From positions 1 through 14,396 of the forward strand of contig SUPR01000088.1 in assembly GCA_005191425.1 (NCBI GenBank): a stretch of DNA of 14,396 bases. The letters run 5' to 3'. Within the stretch, counting starts at the first letter, position 1, and each line of letters starts with the position of its first letter. Positions 1 to 6,345 of the stretch are shown piece by piece. Under the pieces are notes generated by a model that saw nothing but the letters and a program-made list of their open reading frames with translations, did not search any database and had not been told where the DNA came from. The translations under genes and the position numbers were made by a program. Source of the DNA: Candidatus Helarchaeota ASGARD archaeon Hel_GB_B. GTDB lineage: Archaea; Asgardarchaeota; Lokiarchaeia; Helarchaeales; HEL-GB-B.

Positions 1-16
1 TTATATAAACAAAATT

Positions 17-28
17 TTAATTAACTAA
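17..28 (+). promoter_or_regulatory. Possible TATA-like element upstream of the JAMM gene
   Basis: TTAATTAACTAA ending 21 nt before the ATG at 50; shares ATTAACTA with elements upstream of maf and the histidine kinase. Confidence 0.3.
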
Positions 29-49
29 GAAATTTATCTATAAATTATA

Positions 50-775
50 ATGGAAATACCAAATGTTCAAATTTATCCATTAGCTGTTTCAAAAATAATT
101 AAACACAGCATTTTAAGTCCAAATAAAGAAATAGCTGGTTTTTTAATAGGTTATGTTAATAACGAAAATAAATTGATAATTACAGATGCACTACAAGGAA
201 GGCAATATGGAAATTCGGTCCATGTTATTATTGAAGATATAGAATTAGCTAAAGCAGCAGAAAAACTTGAATCATTTGGACTAGAAGAACAAATAGTTGG
301 TTGGTATCATTCACATCCAAATATGGGCGCGCATTTTTTTTCCATGACTGATGTAGCTACACAAAATAGATATCAGATGTTTTTACCACAAGCAGTAGGG
401 TTTGTTATTGACACTTCTAAATTTCAAAGGTCAAGTGATCTAAATAATCTTGATTTAAAATGTTGGAAAGTAATAGGAAATCAAGCCATTAATATAGAAT
501 ATAATATTATTACTGATCCAACTGAATGTTTAAATAATATATTATCACATTCTATTAATTATCCGCCATATATCCATGAAATTTCACCCCTAATTAGTAT
601 GTTAATCTCTCAAATTGGTGGAGCACTTGAAAAAGTTGAATACGTCCCAAATATTATTAAAAAAGTAGGAGCATCAATGACCATAAATGGAACATATAGC
701 AATAAAATCTTGATACAGACTTTAATATTAGGAATGTTTATTTTATTTACAGTTCTATTTTTAATTAAATTATAA
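50..775 (+). CDS. MPN+/JAMM (Mov34/Rpn11/CSN5-like) zinc metallo-isopeptidase with a C-terminal transmembrane anchor
   Basis: KEIAGFLIG (catalytic E27) and VGWYHSHPNMGAHFFSMTD (H87, H89, S98, D101) match the JAMM motif; the following DVATQ..YQ....AVGFVID resembles Rpn11/CSN5. The last 22 residues (ILIQTLILGMFILFTVLFLIKL, nt 707-772) are hydrophobic. Confidence 0.9.
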   Translation: MEIPNVQIYPLAVSKIIKHSILSPNKEIAGFLIGYVNNENKLIITDALQGRQYGNSVHVIIEDIELAKAAEKLESFGLEEQIVGWYHSHPNMGAHFFSMTDVATQNRYQMFLPQAVGFVIDTSKFQRSSDLNNLDLKCWKVIGNQAINIEYNIITDPTECLNNILSHSINYPPYIHEISPLISMLISQIGGALEKVEYVPNIIKKVGASMTINGTYSNKILIQTLILGMFILFTVLFLIKL

Positions 776-776
776 A

Positions 777-1181
777 TTAATCAGCTAATTTTATTGTTAC
801 TTTAATACTCATTGGTATTTTTTTTAAGAAATTGTCGATGTCATCAAGGTTTAACAAATTTCCAATTACATTAACTCGACTAAATGTTTGCTCCAAATCA
901 TCAAAAAAAATTACTAATTCATCACCTAAAGCTTGATATGCAATTTCACCTTTTTTCACGGTCATTGTTTTTTTCTCCCATCCTGCATTTATTTTTATAC
1001 CGATGACCAATCTATTCTTATCTAAAACGATACCCCTCTCAACTATGGGTAATTTTTCAATTATTTTCCGAATAATTAAAGGACCTAAAACAGTCTTTAA
1101 TTTTCCTTTAATAACTCGCTTTTCCCTTCCTTTTTCCATAATAAAATCAATAAGATATTCTGATTGTGCTATATTACTCAT
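777..1181 (-). CDS. Cyclophilin-like fold protein (TM1367/DUF369-like, Cyclophil_like)
   Basis: GEIAYQALGDELVIFFDD...SRVNVIG matches the family pattern G[DE]IAYWPPG..[LI]CIFF...S.VNVIG. The track start at 1196 is TTG; I prefer the ATG at 1181, which has GAGGAA 7 nt upstream. Confidence 0.72.
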   Translation of the reverse strand: MSNIAQSEYLIDFIMEKGREKRVIKGKLKTVLGPLIIRKIIEKLPIVERGIVLDKNRLVIGIKINAGWEKKTMTVKKGEIAYQALGDELVIFFDDLEQTFSRVNVIGNLLNLDDIDNFLKKIPMSIKVTIKLAD

Positions 1182-1188
1182 TATTATC

Positions 1189-1194
1189 TTCCTC
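1189..1194 (-). promoter_or_regulatory. Shine-Dalgarno-like site for the cyclophilin-like gene
   Basis: Minus strand reads TTGAGGAAGATAATAATG, with GAGGAA 7 nt before the ATG at 1181. Confidence 0.5.
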
Positions 1195-1214
1195 AATAAA
1201 GGGTTTTAAACATT

Positions 1215-1409
1215 TTATGATAAAAATTGAATTTGAGTTAATTTATCCATAATTTCTACTAATTCTCGTTCAATTTCATGTTTCTTTTTATTAAAATCCT
1301 CGATATTTAGTTCATTATTTTTTAATTTATTTTCTAGTTCCTTGTACATTTTAATTAATTCATTTTTTCTTTTTAAAAGGCTTTTTTTCATTTGGATTGG
1401 AGTTTTCAT
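1215..1409 (-). CDS. Small helical-hairpin/coiled-coil protein with a SHOCT-like motif, function unknown
   Basis: 64-aa ATG-started ORF with amphipathic heptad pattern; ELENKLKNNELNIEDFNKKKHEI resembles SHOCT-type L..L...GEIS.EEF...K..L. Co-oriented and 33 nt upstream of the cyclophilin-like start. Confidence 0.6.
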   Translation of the reverse strand: MKTPIQMKKSLLKRKNELIKMYKELENKLKNNELNIEDFNKKKHEIERELVEIMDKLTQIQFLS

Positions 1410-1744
1410 GATATTTCATTTAAATAAATATAATTTTATTGAATAAATTTTAATAGTATTTTAAGGTTATGATTAAACTCAATAATTTTATAATTTTTAG
1501 TTTCAAGAAATTTGACAATATTATGAATTACAAATTAAATTTTTAATTTATATCAATATAAAAATTTATTCTATAGACCAAATTATAAGTAAAACATTTA
1601 TTATACAAAAATTTAATTTTAAAATTTAATATTAAAGTTGTTTTAAATTAGATATATGCTTTCTTATTAGTATATAAATAATTTTTTGTTAATTGTATTA
1701 GAAATTTATTCTAAAATTTAAAAATATCGTTTTAATAAAGAAAT

Positions 1745-2335
1745 TTACCTGAAATATTTTTCCAAATCTTTATTTTTCTCCAAATCTTTCATCCAATTAA
1801 CAAAACCAAACTTATATTTGTCAGGTCTTAATGTTATTATTCTATTTAATATTTCTACGGCTTCATTTATTTTTACTTCAGAAGTATCAAGTTCAAATAT
1901 GATATTTTTTGGATATTTATTCAAGGCATAATTAGTACATATACCCAGGATTTCTGCAGCCACGTTCTCATTTATTTTTTCTTGCGAATAATTTTTCATT
2001 TTCAGTCGTTTTTCAAGTATATAAGGGTGTGTTCTTAAAATTATAATTATGTCCACTAAATCAGTGGGGATAATATCAGCATAATGACTTTCAATTATCA
2101 ACTTTTTATCTGAATTTAAAATGATTTTTTTTAATTTAGGGACAATCTTTTTAGTTTTTGTTATTAAAGTATCTCTATTGTTATCTTTTTCAATAATTAA
2201 ATTATTTTTTATTGCAAAATCACCGATATTTAAAACATTTAAACTTAGTTTTTTGCCGAGTTCCAAACTCAAACATGTTTTTCCAGTTCCAGGTGTTCCT
2301 GAAATAAGTATAGCTTTTTTTGACACTAAAAACAC
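1745..2335 (-). CDS. Adenylate kinase AK6/Fap7/hCINAP family (P-loop NMP kinase/ATPase)
   Basis: Walker A ILISGTPGTGKT, Fap7-type hhhE-S-H motif LIIESHYAD, LRTHP..LEKRL..K.YS.EKI.EN..AE, C-terminal VNW. Starts at GTG (2335, or the in-frame GTG at 2326). Confidence 0.92.
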   Translation of the reverse strand: MFLVSKKAILISGTPGTGKTCLSLELGKKLSLNVLNIGDFAIKNNLIIEKDNNRDTLITKTKKIVPKLKKIILNSDKKLIIESHYADIIPTDLVDIIIILRTHPYILEKRLKMKNYSQEKINENVAAEILGICTNYALNKYPKNIIFELDTSEVKINEAVEILNRIITLRPDKYKFGFVNWMKDLEKNKDLEKYFR

Positions 2336-2340
2336 TATTT

Positions 2341-2350
2341 AAAAAAAGAA
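2341..2350 (-). terminator. U-tract terminator-like sequence between ino1 and AK6
   Basis: Minus strand TAA-TTCTTTTTTT immediately after the ino1 stop. Confidence 0.4.
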
Positions 2351-3412
2351 TTAGTTTGGTTTTCTGCCTGCAATGAAGTCTTCAAGCCAGACACGGCTCT
2401 CTTGGATAGTAGTCTTCTTTGGTGGACTTTTAAATCCATATGCTGACACACTTTCTAATGGTCCAGTGATTTTACGATCTAAAGCCAATTTTACACCACG
2501 GATTACATCGGTGAGTATAGCGAAACCATTTGGAGAATCGACTGTAGAAAGTCTAATGTCTATTTTTATTGGTGCATTTCCAAAAATCGACCCTAAAATC
2601 CAGAAATAAGAATCACGCGTATTTCCCAAAAAATCGACATAATCCGTTGAACCAGCTACTAAAGGAAATTCGTATGGTAATTGAGATTTAACTGCTTCTG
2701 TCTTATAAGTCCTTTTAATTTTTCGGGCGCGTTCAAGCGCATTAAGCGACTCATTTCCACCTCCGACGTCCAGACAATAACTTTCCTTAACTTTAACGCC
2801 CCTGTCAGTTAGAATTTGTAGTATATTTTTGTGTAAAATCGTGCTCCCAATTTGGTTCATTATGTCATCTCCAGCTACAGGGAGCCCTGCCCCTAAGAAT
2901 TTATTGGTAAATTCGGGGTCACAGGCAATTGAAGTTGGTGTGGTATTAATAAGAGCACATCCTGCTTTTAATGCACAATCGGCGAAATACTTGGCTGCTT
3001 CTGGTGCACCACTAGGTACCATTATAATTAGAATATCGGCGCCTGAATCCTTTAATACTTGAATTACATCTACCTCTGGAGATTCATCAATTTTTAAGAT
3101 ATCTTGCATTTTCTGACTTAGTCCGTCAAGCAATTTAGCCTTTTGAACGATAATGCCAGTATCTTCAATGTCTAAAAGTTTCATTGTATTATTAGGTGGT
3201 GCAAAAATTGCTTTAGATAGGTCTGCTCCGACTTTCCCTTTAACAGTATCAAATGCTGCAACAAATTCAATATCATCTACAGTATATTGGCCGATATTTT
3301 CATATATCAAGCCCAGACCATCATTCTTTTCTTGTTTATAAAAATATACACCTTGGACTAATGCAGAAGCAAAATTTCCTACTCCAGCTATTGCTATTTT
3401 TATTTTTGCCAT
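2351..3412 (-). CDS. ino1: myo-inositol-1-phosphate synthase family protein (short bacterial/archaeal type), divergent active site
   Basis: KIAIAGVGNFASALVQG Rossmann motif, EFVAAFD, K.VG.DLS.AIFA..NNT, GDDI..Q.G.T..H, DSPN and KSPP match the short Ino1 type. The track start at 3421 is TTG; the ATG at 3412 (MAKIK) is preferred. Confidence 0.9.
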   Translation of the reverse strand: MAKIKIAIAGVGNFASALVQGVYFYKQEKNDGLGLIYENIGQYTVDDIEFVAAFDTVKGKVGADLSKAIFAPPNNTMKLLDIEDTGIIVQKAKLLDGLSQKMQDILKIDESPEVDVIQVLKDSGADILIIMVPSGAPEAAKYFADCALKAGCALINTTPTSIACDPEFTNKFLGAGLPVAGDDIMNQIGSTILHKNILQILTDRGVKVKESYCLDVGGGNESLNALERARKIKRTYKTEAVKSQLPYEFPLVAGSTDYVDFLGNTRDSYFWILGSIFGNAPIKIDIRLSTVDSPNGFAILTDVIRGVKLALDRKITGPLESVSAYGFKSPPKKTTIQESRVWLEDFIAGRKPN

Positions 3413-3515
3413 AGTTATCAAGTCCCATTTTTGTTTTTAATTTTATTTTAAAATTTGTGTTCTTTGTTATAACATATTTAATTAATATTTTAATTCATAA
3501 TAATTTTACCTCATT

Positions 3516-3523
3516 ATTATTAA
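3516..3523 (+). promoter_or_regulatory. Possible TATA-like box for dinB within the divergent ino1/dinB promoter region
   Basis: ATTATTAA ending 30 nt before the dinB ATG. Confidence 0.3.
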
Positions 3524-3552
3524 GAATAGAAATCATCTTTATTATATAGAAA

Positions 3553-4641
3553 ATGGACCAAACTCGAATTATTTTTCATATAGATATGGACTCATTTTAT
3601 GCTAGTATAGAAATTCGTGAGAATCCGGATTATAAGGAATTACCTTTGGTAGTAGGAATTGGACCAAATATTAGAAAGTTTAAGGGTGTAGTATCTACAG
3701 CTTCGTATAAAGCAAGAGAATATGGGATATATTCAGGTATGTCTTTAGGGCAAGCAGTTAATAAATGTAGGGATTTAGTTATAGTTCCAGCAAGGATTTC
3801 TTTTTATAAACAAATTTCAAATAATATTATGAAAATATTAAAGAAATATGCAGATAAATTTGAACAAATTAGCATTGACGAAGCATATATTGATGTTTCA
3901 AATAGAATTAAAGATTTCAATGAAGCTAAAAATTTAGCAAATAGAATTAAAAGTGAGATATATATTAATGAGAAATTGACATGCTCTGTAGGAATTGCAC
4001 CAAATAAGACCATCGCAAAAATTGCGTCTGGTTATAACAAACCCTCAGGAATTACCATTGTATATCCTAGCAAAATTAGAGAATTCTTAGACCCTCTATC
4101 GGTTAAAAAAATTCCGGGAGTTGGTATTAAAATTCAAAAAATATTAGAACAACATAATATAAGGACAATTAAAGACCTTACTAAAACTAAAAAATTTGAG
4201 ATGATTAAACTGTTAGGTAAAGTTGGGGGGAAAATATACGATATTGCTATTGGAGCTGAAAATACTGAAGTGAAACCTCGTAATCACCGGAAATCAATAG
4301 GTATTATAAGGTCTTTTGAAAATGCTACGAATGATTTATCGATTATCCATGATAAACTAAAAAGTTTATCCCAATTACTTTTTGAAAACTTAATTGTTAA
4401 ACAATTAAAATTTAAGACTATTGGGATAATATTAAGATTTGATGATTTTTTGATAATAACTCGAAGTAAAACTTTAAAAAATTATGTAAATGATTATAAC
4501 TCATTATTTGAAAATGCAAAAACTCTTTTAGATAATATTTTTGCAAAAGATAAAAGAAAAGTAAAGAGAATTGGTATTAAGGTTTCTAATTTAAAAAAAA
4601 TAAAGAAAAACAAATACGATTTAACAGACTTTTTTAATTGA
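3553..4641 (+). CDS. dinB: DNA polymerase IV (Y-family, DinB/Dpo4/Dbh)
   Basis: IFHIDMDSFYASIE, GVVSTASYKAR.YGI.SGM, ISIDEAYIDV, TCSVGIAPNKTIAKIAS, HhH V..IPGVG, little-finger RKSIG...SF. The C-terminal KYDLTDFF (nt 4612-4635) resembles a PCNA-binding PIP box. Confidence 0.96.
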   Translation: MDQTRIIFHIDMDSFYASIEIRENPDYKELPLVVGIGPNIRKFKGVVSTASYKAREYGIYSGMSLGQAVNKCRDLVIVPARISFYKQISNNIMKILKKYADKFEQISIDEAYIDVSNRIKDFNEAKNLANRIKSEIYINEKLTCSVGIAPNKTIAKIASGYNKPSGITIVYPSKIREFLDPLSVKKIPGVGIKIQKILEQHNIRTIKDLTKTKKFEMIKLLGKVGGKIYDIAIGAENTEVKPRNHRKSIGIIRSFENATNDLSIIHDKLKSLSQLLFENLIVKQLKFKTIGIILRFDDFLIITRSKTLKNYVNDYNSLFENAKTLLDNIFAKDKRKVKRIGIKVSNLKKIKKNKYDLTDFFN

Positions 4642-4752
4642 ACGCCCATGTTTTTAAATATAAATGAAATATTAGAAGATAAATTATTATAAATTTAAAA
4701 ATCAATTTATTCCGATAAAACTTTTTAATTTTCAACTACAATCTATCTTTTA

Positions 4753-6213
4753 ATGACATCGTTAAACAGTTTATTTTTCCCAAGAAGCATCGCAATTATT
4801 GGAGCAAAAAAAGGACTTAATTTTGGGTCTGCATTTTTTATTCATGGGCTTAAAGTTTTAGGATATGAAGGAGAAATATATTATGTTAATCCATATCATG
4901 AAGGAGAAACAATTTATGATAGAAGGATTATCAAGTCATTAGATGAGGTCAAGGAGCCCATTGATCTAGTATATTCTTGTATAAAGGCAGAATTTGTCCT
5001 TGAACTTGTTCGACAATGTGTTGAACGAGGAGACAAATTTCTAGTAGTTTTTACGAGTGGTTTTTCAGAACTTTTAACAGAAGATGCAATTAAACTTGAA
5101 CGGGAAATTTTGAATATTGCAAGAAATAGCTCTACTCGTATAATTGGACCAAATTGTTTAGGTCCATATTGTCCGAAGAGTAAAATAGGATGGGATACTG
5201 GGTATCCACCACCAAGTAAAATTGGAAATGTTGCATTTGCATCTCAGAGTGGAGGTCATGCGTCTAATCTTCTTAGAGCATCTTCTGGTAGAGGATTTTA
5301 CTTTTCAAAAGGAATATCTTTTGGTAATCAGATAGATGTAAATTGCTTAGATGTATTAGAATACTATGAAGAGGACCCAGATACAGATGTAATAGCATTC
5401 TATTTAGAGTCCACAGGTTCAGCTAATGGGAATAAATTTTTTAAAAAATTAAGTGAAACGACATTAAAAAAGCCGGTAATTATCTGGAAAGGAGGACAGA
5501 CCGAAACTGGAAATAAGGCAACTGCATCACATACTGGTGCAATAAGTGGGTCTTTAACAATTTGGAAAAATATGATAAAACAAGCTGGAGCAATTTTTAC
5601 AGAAGATTCAGAACAATTTTGGGATATGATACATTTAATGGCAATTTTTATACCTAATAAAACATTAAGACCGCTTACAAATCTTGGCGTTTTATGTCCT
5701 GGGGGAGGAAATTCTGTTGAAATTACAGATACAATTACTAGAAATGGACTACAGGTTCCTTTTTTATCGCAGGAAACTCAAAATAAACTTAATGACTTAT
5801 TACCCTCGGTAAATACGTCAGTTAAAAATCCAGTAGATTTAGGAGCAGTTGGACTGATGGATAATATATTTTTATCAACAATAAAATGGTTATCTGAAGA
5901 CCCTAATGTAGATGTTATTATCAATTTTCAACCAATAGATTGGCTCTCAAATATGGAAGAAAATATGGGAAAAGGTTATGTTAAGTCCACTGCTAGGACA
6001 CTTGGAAGGACAAAAAAACATTTAACTAAACCATTAATTCAAATATCACCAATTTTCAGAATGACCGAAAAAGTAGGTCGCGTTGCACTTGATTTTATCG
6101 AGGTCTGTAGACAAAAAGGTATTCCAGTATTTCCTTCAATTAAACGAATGGTCTGGTCTCTAATTAAATATAATGAATATATAAAGTTTTTATCAGACCA
6201 TAAAAGTTTATAA
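4753..6213 (+). CDS. ADP-forming acyl-CoA synthetase / acetate-CoA ligase alpha subunit (CoA-binding protein)
   Basis: LFFPRSIAIIGA, YYVNP, VVFTSGFSE, RIIGPNCLG, FASQSGG, SFGNQIDV, KPVIIWKGG, phospho-His motif ASHTGA (H260), GGG.SV...D, KNPVDLG. No ATP-grasp domain. Confidence 0.88.
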   Translation: MTSLNSLFFPRSIAIIGAKKGLNFGSAFFIHGLKVLGYEGEIYYVNPYHEGETIYDRRIIKSLDEVKEPIDLVYSCIKAEFVLELVRQCVERGDKFLVVFTSGFSELLTEDAIKLEREILNIARNSSTRIIGPNCLGPYCPKSKIGWDTGYPPPSKIGNVAFASQSGGHASNLLRASSGRGFYFSKGISFGNQIDVNCLDVLEYYEEDPDTDVIAFYLESTGSANGNKFFKKLSETTLKKPVIIWKGGQTETGNKATASHTGAISGSLTIWKNMIKQAGAIFTEDSEQFWDMIHLMAIFIPNKTLRPLTNLGVLCPGGGNSVEITDTITRNGLQVPFLSQETQNKLNDLLPSVNTSVKNPVDLGAVGLMDNIFLSTIKWLSEDPNVDVIINFQPIDWLSNMEENMGKGYVKSTARTLGRTKKHLTKPLIQISPIFRMTEKVGRVALDFIEVCRQKGIPVFPSIKRMVWSLIKYNEYIKFLSDHKSL

Positions 6214-6230
6214 AATCAATAAATTAAATT

Positions 6231-6245
6231 AAAAAATTTATATAA
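6231..6245 (+). promoter_or_regulatory. BRE/TATA-like element upstream of the M28 gene
   Basis: AAAAAA-TTTATATAA, purine run then canonical TATA, about 100 nt before the ATG at 6346. The AT-rich context lowers specificity. Confidence 0.35.
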
Positions 6246-6345
6246 TAGGTTTTATTTTGTATTAAATTAATTTTTTTTTATAGAATTTAATATTATTTTT
6301 ATTATCTATCAAAAAGGATAAAAATAAACAAATTATTTTCTAATT

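Noticed and set aside
1003-1209. 68-aa + strand ORF
   Set aside because: Antisense shadow of the cyclophilin-like gene; no recognisable motifs.
1469-1546. 25-codon + strand sORF (MIKLNNFIIFSFKKFDNIMNYKLNF) in the 335-bp gap
   Set aside because: Short, with the SD-like AAGGT only 1 nt from the ATG; expected by chance in AT-rich DNA.
1410-1744. Long intergenic region as possible ncRNA, origin or CRISPR remnant
   Set aside because: Extremely AT-rich with no GC-rich stems, tRNA fold, regularly spaced repeats or ORB-like G-string; the short repeats (aaaatttaat x2, AAATTAAA-tt-TTTAATTT) are low complexity.
2121-2342. 73-aa hydrophobic + strand ORF
   Set aside because: Antisense to AK6; the hydrophobicity mirrors Lys-rich AAA codons on the coding strand.
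2373-3341. Three + strand ORFs (2373-2609, 2829-3062, 3153-3341)
   Set aside because: All are antisense within ino1, as expected from codon-bias shadows in a well-conserved gene.
2351-3412. Locally higher GC in ino1 as a sign of horizontal transfer
   Set aside because: Explainable by Gly/Ala/Pro-rich composition (similar in the pepQ core); no flanking repeats or mobility genes.
3804-4013. 69-aa - strand ORF
   Set aside because: Antisense within dinB; no independent support.
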